DNA of 64,000 bases from an uncultured Planctomycetaceae bacterium (lineage in GTDB: Bacteria > Planctomycetota > Planctomycetia > Isosphaerales > Isosphaeraceae): NCBI GenBank assembly GCA_963833985.1, contig CAWIAD010000002.1:4896001-4960000 (forward strand), in the 5' to 3' direction. This document shows, in pieces, positions 1 to 10,639 of the stretch. How positions within the stretch are numbered: the first letter of the stretch is position 1; every line of letters starts with the position of its first letter. Both the position numbers and the translations under genes were made by a program. The notes beneath the pieces were generated by a model. The model saw only the letters and a program-made list of their open reading frames with translations, did no database searches and had not been told where the DNA came from.

Positions 1-160
1 TTCGGTATCGAGAAATCTTATTCTTTCTTTAGACCATTTCCGCAAAGTCCCTCGTGAATGCAGCCCGGATGATGGACCGCTCAGTTACGACCCCAGACTC
101 CATGGGGCACCGGCCTTTGGGGGGCTGCTCACACCACCCCTTCCCCTTTTCTCACAAGGT

Positions 161-1240
161 GTGATCATGGACATCGCCACGCTCGCACGCCTCGGCCTGC
201 GAGATTTTTCCTCGCTTCTTCCTGAGGCCCTCTACCTGACCACCGGCATTGACTTCACGCGGCCTACAGAGATACAGGCCAACCTTACACAACGATGTAA
301 TTACAAGTGCTTGCAGTGTGCATGCTGGCGTTATGAACCGGTTTCAGAATTGTCCATCGACCAGTGGAAGGAGTCGCTTGCATCCCTGAAAGACTTTGTT
401 GGACACTATAGACTGGAGTTTGTCGGGGGAGAGCCTTTCGTCAAGAAGGGCTTTCTCGATCTGCTGGAGTATTGCCGGGATCAGCAGCTCGACTGCGGAA
501 TCACGACCAATGGGTCGGCCTTTGTGAACGACCGGGTCGTCGACCGGGTCGTGGCGACACGTCCACTCAAGGTCGACATTTCGATGGACGGATCAACTCC
601 GAGTATGCACGACCGCCTCCGTAGCGCTCCAGGCTCATTCGAGAGGATCAGTAGCGGGATATCGAAGCTGCGAGCGGAACAAGCAGCCCAGGGTATCAAA
701 TTTCCAATACGCATAATCTCGACGCTGAACTCGATCAACTTCCGGGCGATGCCCGATATTGTCCTCTGGACCATGCAAATCGGCGCAAATTCCATTGATG
801 TTCATCCTATCCGTGAATGGACCGAAGAGTCGAAGACGATGCTGTGGCCGACCGAAGAACAGGTCGCAGAGCTGGAGCAGGTGATTTCGGAGTTGCTGCG
901 CATGAAGGATTCAGGGGCTCCGATCGAAACGTCGGAGTACAAGTTGCGCGCCATGCCAGATCACTTTTTGAGGAAGAAAGTAATTCCTGAGGTACCAACG
1001 TGCCGCGTCGGGATGCGCGCCTTTTTTATCAGTCCAACCGGCATGGTTAGCTGTTGCAGCGACTTTCAGGCACTGGGAGACTTGAAAATCCAATCTGCAC
1101 GAGAGATTTGGACAGGAGCTCTCGCGCGGGAAGTCCGGCATAAGACGGTCGGCTGTACCAAGGGATGTGCCTACGGGTGCCAAGCCGCCAAACCGATGCT
1201 CGAGAAGATCAAGCGCGGGCTTCTGCTTTTCAGCAACTAA
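161..1240 (+). CDS. Radical SAM protein with C-terminal SPASM/Twitch-like Cys-rich domain
   Basis: CxxxCxxC motif (CNYKCLQC), GGEP motif, TTNG, C-terminal Cys cluster (CRVG...SCC...CTKGCAYGC). Start may be ATG at 167. Confidence 0.88.
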   Translation: MIMDIATLARLGLRDFSSLLPEALYLTTGIDFTRPTEIQANLTQRCNYKCLQCACWRYEPVSELSIDQWKESLASLKDFVGHYRLEFVGGEPFVKKGFLDLLEYCRDQQLDCGITTNGSAFVNDRVVDRVVATRPLKVDISMDGSTPSMHDRLRSAPGSFERISSGISKLRAEQAAQGIKFPIRIISTLNSINFRAMPDIVLWTMQIGANSIDVHPIREWTEESKTMLWPTEEQVAELEQVISELLRMKDSGAPIETSEYKLRAMPDHFLRKKVIPEVPTCRVGMRAFFISPTGMVSCCSDFQALGDLKIQSAREIWTGALAREVRHKTVGCTKGCAYGCQAAKPMLEKIKRGLLLFSN

Positions 1241-1257
1241 ATAGAAGCTTGGAAACG

Positions 1258-1320
1258 GGAAAGTGTGGCCCAGCCGCCCTCGGCTGGGAACGACAGCCGA
1301 GGGCGGCTGTCCCACTTTCC
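1258..1320. repeat. REP-like imperfect inverted repeat downstream of the radical SAM gene
   Basis: ggaaagtgtggcccagccgccctcggctg ... cagccgagggcggctgtcccactttcc; the arms are near-perfect reverse complements. Confidence 0.75.
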
Positions 1321-1442
1321 AGGTGGTGTGGACCTATTTAGAAGGCTTATTGAACAATCGAGCAACGTAAAACTGACTACTCAATTTATTGCAATTTGGT
1401 GTGTCGTGCTGAATTGCTGATTCTTTTGTCGGGGATAATTGC

Positions 1443-2711
1443 TTGTGCAAGATGGAGGGACTCGGCAGCGCTCACCGGCAGTGCGACTCGTTACGGATTG
1501 CTTATTTGCTAGGCACGTACCCCACTCCGAGCCAGACGTTTATTAGGAACGAGATCGAAGCTGTTGAAGTGAGGAATGTGCTGGTCCAGAGATACACCCT
1601 TCGCAGATGGGCTCACAATCTCGTCGAACCACGTGATGTTGCGGAGCAAGGCCGAACTCGCGCGGTACTCGAGGTTGGGGTGGCCGGTCTCATCTCTGCG
1701 TTCCTGGCAACTGCACTCAAACGCTCGGTGATGTTCCTGCGAGCTTTGAGGCTAGCTTTGCGGTTCGGAATGCGCTCCGAGCGAGGTATCTTCGTCAATC
1801 TAGTCTATCTGTGTGAGGCATGCGTGTTGAGAGAGTGGTTTGAACGCGCTTCGATCCAGCATGTTCACACACATCACGCTACCGATCCGACGACCGTGGC
1901 GCTCTTGTGCAAGGTTCTCGGTGGTCCGACTTTTAGTTTCACGGTTCATGGCCCAGAGGAATTTGACAGACCATGGTCGCTCAGCCTCGGGGAAAAGGTC
2001 CATCATGCCAGTTTCGTCATCGCGATCAGCGCTTTCACTCGAAGCCAGCTCTATCGCTGGGCTGATTACCATGATTGGCCCAGGATTCATGTGGTTCAAC
2101 TCGGCGTCAATTCAAGATTCTTGAATTATGATCCGGCGCCGGTCCCTTCAATGCCCCGACTCGTATGCATCGGCCGTATCGTCGAGCAGAAAGGGCATGC
2201 CATCCTGATTCAAGCTGCGGCCCTCATGCGTAACCGCGCGTTGGACTTCCAGATAGTTATAGTCGGCGACGGTCCGAAACGCTCGGAGATCGAGCGCTTG
2301 ATCGCGCATCTGGACCTGGAAGAAAGAGTCCTGATCTTGGGTTGCCTGAGCAATCAAGGGGTTCTCGACGAGTTACTCGAGGCTCGAGCCCTGGTCCTGT
2401 CCAGCCTTGCCGAGGGGCTTCCCACCGTTTTCCTGGAGGCGCTTGCGTTGGGCCGTCCGGTTATTACCACCCGCATTGCGGCCCACGCTGAACTCATTGA
2501 GCCGGGAATTAATGGCTGGCTCGTTCCTCCTGGTGCCGTTGAACCTCTGGCCGATGCCATGGCCATCGCGCTCACTGCCAGTCCGATAGACCTTGAGAGA
2601 ATGGGACGTGCCGGTCGATCGATCATCGCGACTCGTCACAACCCTGAAGTCGCGTCCAAGAAACTTGTAGAACTCTTTGATCAAAATGTCTTCCATCGAT
2701 CCAGGTCCTGA
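1443..2711 (+). CDS. Glycosyltransferase family 4 (GT-B, WcaL-like)
   Basis: YPTPSQTFI N-terminus, HGPEEFD, GRIVEQKG, EGLPTVFLEALALGRPVI motif. Confidence 0.9.
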   Translation: MCKMEGLGSAHRQCDSLRIAYLLGTYPTPSQTFIRNEIEAVEVRNVLVQRYTLRRWAHNLVEPRDVAEQGRTRAVLEVGVAGLISAFLATALKRSVMFLRALRLALRFGMRSERGIFVNLVYLCEACVLREWFERASIQHVHTHHATDPTTVALLCKVLGGPTFSFTVHGPEEFDRPWSLSLGEKVHHASFVIAISAFTRSQLYRWADYHDWPRIHVVQLGVNSRFLNYDPAPVPSMPRLVCIGRIVEQKGHAILIQAAALMRNRALDFQIVIVGDGPKRSEIERLIAHLDLEERVLILGCLSNQGVLDELLEARALVLSSLAEGLPTVFLEALALGRPVITTRIAAHAELIEPGINGWLVPPGAVEPLADAMAIALTASPIDLERMGRAGRSIIATRHNPEVASKKLVELFDQNVFHRSRS

Positions 2712-3047
2712 TGTCCGCAAAAACGCCGTGTTCGGGTTGAATCCAGTAAAGGCACAATGATTCGTGTGTATCTTGACATAATGCACCTTGATGCCCAGTG
2801 GAACTGAGGGCAGCATAAAAAAGCAGGGAATTCCGTTGCCATTCCAGATCGCTGAGTTATACTAGGAAACGAGTCAACGACAGACTATGCAAGGGCCATG
2901 AAGCCTCAAGCGTGCTTCGCGCCGTTACGATTTGAGTGCAACCGTGATGCTGCGACAAGTAACTCAACAGGTTTCTTTGGAAGGATCCGTGCATGGCAAC
3001 GGATCGACGCTCGCCTGGGAATCAACGTTCTGATTCACCGTTTCCAA

Positions 3048-3111
3048 GTTGACGGACCACCGACCGACCACCTGCGACGGTTGACGGACCACCGACCGAC
3101 CACCTGCGACG
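3048..3111. repeat. Perfect 32-bp tandem duplication
   Basis: gttgacggaccaccgaccgaccacctgcgacg x2 (3048-3079, 3080-3111). Confidence 0.9.
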
Positions 3112-3345
3112 ATTGCAGACCGCGGTATGTGACGGAATCCCGGGCCAGCGGCCCGGGCGCCGATCTGAGGTTTTGCGAAAGCCTCGATCTCGAAACAAAC
3201 GTTCTGCCGGGGCATGGCTCCCGGCGTGCATCACCAGCCTGGCCGCGTGCAGCCAGCGGACTTCGACGCGGCCGGCACGAACGGTAGGGACGATGCCAAT
3301 CCCAGCCGCTCGGCAACTGTGTCTCCTTTTCCGTGGAGATCGGCC

Positions 3346-3897
3346 ATGGACCTCGTATGCGCGGAACCCGCAGCAGAAACGATCAGGGTTTCCAGGTACC
3401 ATAAGAATGGGCCGCTGACCGGCGAGCAGCAAGCACTGATCGAGAAGTGGTACGTGTACGCAATGGCCGTGGCCTATGACCACGCGCACTGGCCTTATGA
3501 CGACGATGAAGTCCGCACGGTCGCCCACGACGCACTCATCGGCGCCGCACGCTACTTCCGTGAAGGGCGCGGCTGCAAGACCTTCAAGTCGTTTTACAAA
3601 CACTGCCTCCTGCCGCAACTGGCGCGTGCGTTCCGCAAGCGAATCGCCAGGTCGGCACGGCAGATGCCGCTGGGGATGGACGTGCCGACGCATCCGGGAC
3701 CGGCCCCCTTCGAGACCCAGGAGTTCGTCGACCACCTGAAGCGCGGCCTGCCGGAGCACCAGAGCCAGGTCCTCCATCAGGTGTATGACATGGGCATGAG
3801 CCACCGGCAGATTGCGGCCCTGCGCGGCTGCCAGCGGCAGAACGTCTCGAACATTCACAAGCTGGCGCTGCGGCAGATGCGCCGTCGCGCGCAATGA
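3346..3897 (+). CDS. Sigma-70 family (ECF/FliA-like) RNA polymerase sigma factor
   Basis: Region-2-like ALIGAARYF...FKSF and region-4 HTH (LPEHQSQVL...GMSHRQIAALRGCQRQNVSNIHKLALRQMR). ATG at 3346 follows GGAG. Confidence 0.7.
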   Translation: MDLVCAEPAAETIRVSRYHKNGPLTGEQQALIEKWYVYAMAVAYDHAHWPYDDDEVRTVAHDALIGAARYFREGRGCKTFKSFYKHCLLPQLARAFRKRIARSARQMPLGMDVPTHPGPAPFETQEFVDHLKRGLPEHQSQVLHQVYDMGMSHRQIAALRGCQRQNVSNIHKLALRQMRRRAQ

Positions 3898-3933
3898 GCC
3901 CCGGTCGCTGGAGCACGGGCGGGCCAGCTCCGG

Positions 3934-4755
3934 TCAACGATTACGGTTGAACTGAACGAAGGGGACCTGCTTGTAGAGCACCAGCTGGGTCAGTATCAGG
4001 CCGCGAGGCGCGATCTGGAGCGGCAGCATGAAGGCAAAGTCGCCCTTGCGGGCCAGGGCCGCGGTGCCGCGCGTGACCTCCGTCATGGTCATCTGGCCGG
4101 AGTTATCAGGCACCACCGTGGCCGCATTGTTTCCGGGCAAGCCAACGCGAATCATTGGCCCCTGGGGGCTGCTGCTGATGGCATTGCCCACCACGTGCAA
4201 CCTCGAGGGAATGCCGCTGGTATTGGCCGGTACCGGGTAGGCCCAGCCATAGAGCATGTTCTGGCCCGCGTAGTCCCAGGGCTTCATGAACCGGTTGAAC
4301 CCGGGATCCAGGGTGGTGACCACCATGTTGTTGGACAAGAGGCTGTTGTACGTGGGAGCGACCAGGGTGCGGTTCGTGCCGTTGAAGATGTCGATATGGT
4401 TGGTCATCACGACGTTCGAGCCGGCATCCTGGCCCACGGCTTCGATCCAGGATTGACCGTTCAGGTCCAGATCGTTCAGGCTGGTCGGCCAGCGAATGAG
4501 GAATTCCTGGATATCCTCGATGGCGACCGGAAACTGCTGGCCGGTGTGGTTCTGGATGACCAGCCACCGCGTGGTCACGTTGACCACCTCACCCCAGGCA
4601 CCCTGGGGTGGCAGTTGCGGCAAGCCCTGCGGCTGACCCACGATCGCCTGAAAGGCGACGTCCCCGTTCTGCGCCAGGAGACGGTCACCCGTAGAGACGC
4701 AGAGGGCCAGCCACGCCACGGAGAATCCGGCCCACCATTGCCGCGTGCCGCGCAT
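3934..4755 (-). CDS. Hypothetical secreted protein
   Basis: 273-aa ORF with signal-peptide-like N-terminus and coding-like codon usage; no family recognised. Confidence 0.7.
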   Translation of the reverse strand: MRGTRQWWAGFSVAWLALCVSTGDRLLAQNGDVAFQAIVGQPQGLPQLPPQGAWGEVVNVTTRWLVIQNHTGQQFPVAIEDIQEFLIRWPTSLNDLDLNGQSWIEAVGQDAGSNVVMTNHIDIFNGTNRTLVAPTYNSLLSNNMVVTTLDPGFNRFMKPWDYAGQNMLYGWAYPVPANTSGIPSRLHVVGNAISSSPQGPMIRVGLPGNNAATVVPDNSGQMTMTEVTRGTAALARKGDFAFMLPLQIAPRGLILTQLVLYKQVPFVQFNRNR

Positions 4756-5158
4756 TGTTCAACCTCCCAGCCCCCTCGGCGTTGATCTCAGCGGCGCTGG
4801 CCGGGCCGCCGGTCCGGGTCTTCAGAGGGCGAGGCCCGGACGCCCGGCTGCAAGCCGATCACATCATCTCACGATAGGCGTTTTGACCGGATCGGGCAAC
4901 GCGCTTCGATCCACTTTTCCGCGGCGTGCCCGCGGTTCAGCTTCAGGGCAGCATCGCAGCCGGCCGGCCCGCGCGCTCCAACGATCTTCGGTCCCGTCCC
5001 GAACGGCCGTTCGGCGCAGAGTATTTCCGGCCAGTCACGGTTTCGCGTTTGCGAGTTTGGGAGGGTCTCCTGTAAAATACGACATAGGTCCGAGCAAGAT
5101 GAGCGGACCGAGCAACCGCCTGCTTCATCTCGGCATCTTCAGGATTTGAACCGGTACG

Positions 5159-6937
5159 ATGAGTCGTCAGGATCAGGGAACAGCCGCCGACACGTCGGCC
5201 TGGTCGTCCGAGTCGACGGAAGGCCCGGTCCGCGACCTGACCGGCACGACCCTGGGCGACTTCGAGGTCAAGCGACTGATCGGCAAGGGTGGCATGGGTC
5301 AGGTCTACCTGGCCACTCAGGTCAGCCTGAGCCGATCGGTCGCACTCAAGGTACTGCATCCGCGCTACCTGTCCAAACCGGTTTATCTGAGCCGCTTCGA
5401 GACCGAGGCCACGGCAGTGGCCAAGCTGAACCACCCGAACATCGTCCACGTCTACACTCTCGGCTACGTCGACCAGGTTCGCTTCATCGCGATGGAGTAT
5501 GTCGAGGGCACGAACCTGCGCGATTATCTCAACAAGAAGGGGGCCCTCGACCTGCCCCTGGCGCTGTCGATCATGCGCCAGGCGGGTCAGGCGATCGGTG
5601 CGGCCGGCGAGGTGGGGCTGGTCCATCGCGACATCAAGCCCGAGAACCTGCTGCTCACCCGCAAGGGCCGGGTGAAAGTTGCCGACTTCGGGCTTTGCCG
5701 CGACCTGGGAGCGGATCGGCTGCACGTCACGCAGCCGGGAACGACCATGGGCACGCCGCTTTACATGAGCCCGGAACAAGCGCAGGGAAAGCCCCTGGAT
5801 CACCGCAGCGATCTTTACTCGCTGGGGGTCACCTTCTACCACATGCTCAGCGGCGAGCCCCCGTTTCGCGCCGAGTCGGCCATCGCCCTGGCCATGAAGC
5901 ACGTGACCGAGCAGCCGGTGAGCCTGCGGGTTCGCCGTCCCGACGTGCCCGCCGAGCTGGATCGGCTCGTGCTCAAGCTCATGGCCAAGAGCCCCGCGGA
6001 TCGCTACCCGTCGGCGGCCGAGATGCTGGTCGACCTCGCGAGGATCCGCAGCTCGCTGCAAGCGACTCTCGGTACCATGGGCGATGACAACGCCCTCTCC
6101 ATATCCCGGCAGTTCGAGGAGAACTCTCGGCCCTTCTCGAGCACCCCGAGCAGCCCATCGGGCACCAGCCTTCTGACCGGCAGCCAGAGCGGCGTCGGCG
6201 TCACGGCCACAGGGTCTCAACTTGCATCGCTCGTACGACGGATCGACCGTCCGATGACACTTCTCGCGGCCGGCCTGATCTTCGTCGTCGTGGGTGCGGG
6301 GCTGGGGTGGAACGCGCGGCCGGCGGATCTGCCGGAGGGCGAGGCCGCAACGCGCAGGCTGCCCGCACTGGCGGCGGAGCCACGCTGGGCCACCGTTCCC
6401 CGGCAGGAGACGGCCGAGGAACAGTACCGGTATGCCTTGCTCCGTGCCGCCGACCTGGATCTCGACGCCGCCTGGCTGGCCGTGCCGGGGTTTCATCCCC
6501 ATTCCTCGGAATGGGTCTCGCCGGCCTACCTCCAGTACGCGCGGCGACTCTACCGGCAGCGCGACCAAGATCGCCTGGTGCACCTGAAGGCGGACCTGGC
6601 GGCCTGGCAAGGCGCCAAGACCCCCGATCAGGAGCTGGCACAGATCATCGACTGCGGCATCGCGCTGCTCTCCAGGGACCTCGACGGCGTGATCGACGGC
6701 ATGTCGCGTATCGCCGCACCGGACGAACGCGCTCGGCCGGGTGCACGTGACGGAGTGAACCTGTATGATCCCGGTCTGATCGAGTTCTCGGTCGAGGTGG
6801 TTGCCGACGCGCTCAGGCTGGCGACACAGCCAGGTCCGCTGGCGTCGGATCTCAAGAAGCAGAAGCTGGCCGCCATTCAGAGTCGTCTGGCCGGTTACCT
6901 CAGAAGAGTTCAGATGTTAGAATGGGCCAATCGCTAG
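5159..6937 (+). CDS. Membrane Ser/Thr protein kinase (Hanks type)
   Basis: GKGGMGQV, VALK, HRDIKPEN, DFG, GTPLYMSPEQ motifs; one TM segment then a C-terminal domain. Confidence 0.95.
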   Translation: MSRQDQGTAADTSAWSSESTEGPVRDLTGTTLGDFEVKRLIGKGGMGQVYLATQVSLSRSVALKVLHPRYLSKPVYLSRFETEATAVAKLNHPNIVHVYTLGYVDQVRFIAMEYVEGTNLRDYLNKKGALDLPLALSIMRQAGQAIGAAGEVGLVHRDIKPENLLLTRKGRVKVADFGLCRDLGADRLHVTQPGTTMGTPLYMSPEQAQGKPLDHRSDLYSLGVTFYHMLSGEPPFRAESAIALAMKHVTEQPVSLRVRRPDVPAELDRLVLKLMAKSPADRYPSAAEMLVDLARIRSSLQATLGTMGDDNALSISRQFEENSRPFSSTPSSPSGTSLLTGSQSGVGVTATGSQLASLVRRIDRPMTLLAAGLIFVVVGAGLGWNARPADLPEGEAATRRLPALAAEPRWATVPRQETAEEQYRYALLRAADLDLDAAWLAVPGFHPHSSEWVSPAYLQYARRLYRQRDQDRLVHLKADLAAWQGAKTPDQELAQIIDCGIALLSRDLDGVIDGMSRIAAPDERARPGARDGVNLYDPGLIEFSVEVVADALRLATQPGPLASDLKKQKLAAIQSRLAGYLRRVQMLEWANR

Positions 6938-6992
6938 TCGCCTCCGCGGTTGCGCGTCTCGGGTAGACGGGCGGGGGTCGGGAGCACGGGTC

Positions 6993-8711
6993 ATGGCTTT
7001 ACTGAAGCGGATCAGCGGCGCCGCCGCCGGACAGATCATCGAGCTGAAGCAGGATCGGACCGTCATCGGACGGTCACCCGAGCATTGCCACGTGGTGCTC
7101 GATCCCAACGGCGTCAGCCGCCGTCATGCGGAGATCTACCGCAAGGGCGACGAGTATTTCGTGGCCGACCTGAACTCGCGAAACCAGACCAAAGTCAATA
7201 ACGGCAAGCTCTTCCCGGGCGCCGACCATCGCCTCGCTCCGGGCGACCGAATCAATATTTGCGATGTCGAATTTCTCTTTTACTACAAGCTGCCGGCGGG
7301 CGACGCGGAGGCAAATGGCGAGATCGTCATCGTCGCCGACGGCGACAGCGCTGAAGTGCCTCATCTGCATACGCTGGACGCCTCGCGGTCCAGTGCGATG
7401 GCGAGCATGGTCAAGCCCGAGCTGAAGCTCAAGGCCATCCTCGAGATCACGCGCAACCTCTCGACCGAGCTCGAGATCGACAAGGTGGCCCCGCGGATCC
7501 TCGATTCGCTCATGGAACTTTTCCCGCAGGCCGAACGGCTCTTCCTGATCCTCGTCGACCAGGAAACCAAGCGGCTGGTGCGCAAGGCGTTCCGCTGCCG
7601 CCCCAACCGCCGCGCCAACTTCTCGTCGACCATCCCGGCCGACGAGGCCCAGGTGAGCATCAGCCGGTCGATCGTGAACCACGTGCTGGTCCAGAAGAAG
7701 GCCGTGCTCAGCCAGGACGCGAGCATGGACAAGAACCTGCCGACCAGCGCCTCGATCGCCGATCTGAAGATCCGCTCGGTGATGTGCGTCCCTCTGGTCA
7801 CGCCCGACGGTCAGGCGCTGGGGATCTTGCAGCTGGATACCAGCGATCGCAAGCAGTTTCATCAGGAAGACCTCGATGTCCTCACCGCGGTGGCCAGCCA
7901 GGCGGCCATCTCGATCCAGAACGCCACCCTGCACGAGTCGCTGCTGGAACGGGAGCGGCTGGACCGCGATCTGAAGCTGGCCGAGCAGGTGCAGAAGCGG
8001 TTCTTACCGCAAGACGTGCCCGAGATCCCCGGCTACGAGTTCTTCGCGCATTATGATCCGGCCTACGAGGTGGGTGGAGACTACTACGACTTCGTTCCGT
8101 TGCCGGAGAATCGCTGGGCGGTCGCCGTGGGCGACGTCTCCGGCAAGGGAGTGGCCGCGGCGCTCATGATGGCCAAGTTTTCCGGAGACACCCGCTACTG
8201 CATCCTCACCCAGAACTCCCCGGGGGCGGCCGCCAGCGAGTTGAACAACCTGCTGCTTTCCGCTGGCATTGATGAAAAATTCATCACGCTCAGCCTGTGT
8301 GTGCTCGATATCGACAGCCGCACCCTGGCCTTGAGCTCCGCCGGCCACCCTCCTGTGATCATCCGCCGCGCGAGCGGTAAGGTGGAAGAGGTCGGCGAGG
8401 AGATCGCCGGCTTCCCACTGGGGATCGTGCCCGGCTCGGAGTACCGGTATCGCGAGGTCATCCTGAACGTCGGCGATGTCGCTGTCGTCTACTCCGACGG
8501 TGTCACCGACGCCCGCAATCTGCGCGAGGAAATCTACCACACCCGCGAGAATCCCCGGCTCCTGCGCAAGGTCGCCGAGGCGGCAGGCAGTCCGGGAATG
8601 GTCGGACGTGCCATCCTTCAAGATATCCGGGAGTATTCGACCGACCACGTTCAGGTGGACGATATCACCCTGGTGTGCTTCGGTCCCGTCGCGTCGCAGC
8701 CGTCACGTTGA
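6993..8711 (+). CDS. FHA-GAF-SpoIIE (PP2C-type) protein phosphatase
   Basis: FHA (IGRS...VSRRHA...SRNQT), GAF (IRSVMCVPL), SpoIIE (VGGDYYD, GDVSGKG, SAGHPP, YSDGV, DDIT). Confidence 0.93.
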   Translation: MALLKRISGAAAGQIIELKQDRTVIGRSPEHCHVVLDPNGVSRRHAEIYRKGDEYFVADLNSRNQTKVNNGKLFPGADHRLAPGDRINICDVEFLFYYKLPAGDAEANGEIVIVADGDSAEVPHLHTLDASRSSAMASMVKPELKLKAILEITRNLSTELEIDKVAPRILDSLMELFPQAERLFLILVDQETKRLVRKAFRCRPNRRANFSSTIPADEAQVSISRSIVNHVLVQKKAVLSQDASMDKNLPTSASIADLKIRSVMCVPLVTPDGQALGILQLDTSDRKQFHQEDLDVLTAVASQAAISIQNATLHESLLERERLDRDLKLAEQVQKRFLPQDVPEIPGYEFFAHYDPAYEVGGDYYDFVPLPENRWAVAVGDVSGKGVAAALMMAKFSGDTRYCILTQNSPGAAASELNNLLLSAGIDEKFITLSLCVLDIDSRTLALSSAGHPPVIIRRASGKVEEVGEEIAGFPLGIVPGSEYRYREVILNVGDVAVVYSDGVTDARNLREEIYHTRENPRLLRKVAEAAGSPGMVGRAILQDIREYSTDHVQVDDITLVCFGPVASQPSR

Positions 8712-8754
8712 ATGACCGGCTGATCCTTCTCTTCGCCTCCTCGCGCGGCCACCC

Positions 8755-10350
8755 ATGTCCGTCAAGATCAGCAATATCCGTCTGGACATCGACGATCCCG
8801 AAGAGACCCTGCCGGACCACGCCGCCCGCCGCCTGGGCGTCGACCGCCAGGCCGTCGCGCGGTGGAGAATCCTGCGCAAGAGTCTCGACGCCCGCCGCCA
8901 CGACGACCTGCACTTCGTCTACGCGATGGAAGTGGATGTCCCCGAGCTGGCCTCCAGGCCGATGGGCCAGGGATCGAACCCGGATGTCCGGGATTTCGTG
9001 CCGGACCGGTTCTGGTGGCCGGATCCCGGCAAGCAGCCGCTGGCACACCGGCCTGTGATCGTCGGCGCCGGACCGGCCGGGCTGATCGCCGGCTACCTGC
9101 TGGCCAGCGACGGCTATCGCCCGCTGATCCTGGAACGCGGGCGGGCCATCAAGGACCGCGTGGCGGACGTGCGCCGTTTCGATGCCGGTGGATCCCTCGA
9201 TCCCGAGAGTCACTACCTGTTCGGAGAGGGCGGCGCAGGGACCTTCAGCGACGGCAAGCTCACGTCCCGTAACTCCGGCCCGGACGTGCAGCGGATCCTC
9301 GAGATCCTGGCGGAATGCCATGGTAAGCCGTCCATCGTGTATGAACACCGGCCGCACCTGGGCTCCAACCGCCTGCCGCTGGTCGTACGGACCCTGCGCC
9401 GCAAGTTCGAGGAACGGGGTGGTGAGATCCGCTTTTCCTGCCGGGTCGAGGACCTGGAGATCCACAATGGCCGGCTCATGGGACTGTCCACCAGCTCGGG
9501 CCACATCCCGGCCCAGGTGGCGATTCTTGCCATTGGCCACAGCGCCCGTGATACCTACGGCATGCTGCTGCGCCGCGGCGTTCCCATGGAGGCCAAGCCT
9601 TTTCAGCTTGGCGTCCGGATCGAGCAGCCCCAGCAGCAGATCGATTCGGCGTGCTACGCGGACCGGGCCGGACACCCCGCCCTGGGAGCCGCCGATTATG
9701 CACTGTCGGTGCGTACGGGAACCGGCGATCTGTTCACCTTCTGCATGTGTGCCGGGGGATACGTGATGCCCAGCGTCAGCGAACCCGGCTACTTCTGCAC
9801 CAACGGACAGAGCGAGAGCCGGCACGACTCACCATTTGCCAACAGCGGCCTGGTCGTCACCATCGACCCCGCCTTGACGGGGAGCTCTCATCCCCTTGCC
9901 GGCATTCATTTTCAGCAGCGCTACGAGCGGCTTGCGTATCTCATCGGCGGCCGCAGCTACGCCGCGCCAATCCAGTGGGTGAGCGACTTTCTGCGCACCG
10001 TCTCCAGCCGCGGCGAACTTCCCTCGAGTTACTGCCGGGGGACCCTGGCCACCGATCTGGCCGGGCTCTTGCCGGAGCAAGTCATCGCAGCGCTTGTGCA
10101 AGGCTTGCCCATCATGAACCGGCGATTCGGCGGGATGTTCCTCAAGGAGGCCACGCTGACAGGCCCCGAGGCCCGCGGCAGCTCGCCGGTGCGGATCCTG
10201 CGTGATTCCGCCAGCCGCCAGAGCCCCGTCGCCAGCGGCCTTTACCCTTGCGGAGAAGGCGCTGGGTTCGCCGGTGGAATCATCAGCGCCGCGGTCGACG
10301 GTCTGCGGACAGCTCGGTCCATCGTCGCCACCTATGCGCCGTGTGCTTGA
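8755..10350 (+). CDS. FAD/NAD(P)-dependent oxidoreductase (uncharacterised FAD-dependent dehydrogenase family)
   Basis: GAGPAG, FGEGGAGTFSDGKL, TFCMCAGG, GEGAGFAGGIISAAVDG motifs. Confidence 0.88.
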   Translation: MSVKISNIRLDIDDPEETLPDHAARRLGVDRQAVARWRILRKSLDARRHDDLHFVYAMEVDVPELASRPMGQGSNPDVRDFVPDRFWWPDPGKQPLAHRPVIVGAGPAGLIAGYLLASDGYRPLILERGRAIKDRVADVRRFDAGGSLDPESHYLFGEGGAGTFSDGKLTSRNSGPDVQRILEILAECHGKPSIVYEHRPHLGSNRLPLVVRTLRRKFEERGGEIRFSCRVEDLEIHNGRLMGLSTSSGHIPAQVAILAIGHSARDTYGMLLRRGVPMEAKPFQLGVRIEQPQQQIDSACYADRAGHPALGAADYALSVRTGTGDLFTFCMCAGGYVMPSVSEPGYFCTNGQSESRHDSPFANSGLVVTIDPALTGSSHPLAGIHFQQRYERLAYLIGGRSYAAPIQWVSDFLRTVSSRGELPSSYCRGTLATDLAGLLPEQVIAALVQGLPIMNRRFGGMFLKEATLTGPEARGSSPVRILRDSASRQSPVASGLYPCGEGAGFAGGIISAAVDGLRTARSIVATYAPCA

Positions 10351-10639
10351 GCCGCGACGCTTATTCATGCCATCGAAACCCTCCACCTGGTGCCACCTCT
10401 CATCCCTCACGATCACGATCCTGCGTGTGCTCAAAGCGTCGATTAAAGCCGCCTAATGTTAAGGTAATGCAGCACAACGTTAATCATTCCTCAGCTTGGT
10501 TCCTTCCTTGCAGGGCATTCCCGTCAACTTGTTGAATTTGGCGAACATAGTTTTTTTTCATTGGACGGGCGACGAGTGCCCTTCCTAGCATGAGTGTCGA
10601 GAAGCGGGTCTGAGGGTCCGGCAAACCGGAGTGATCCTG

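Noticed and set aside
3048..3111. 32-bp repeats as a CRISPR array
   Set aside because: Tandem copies with no spacer.
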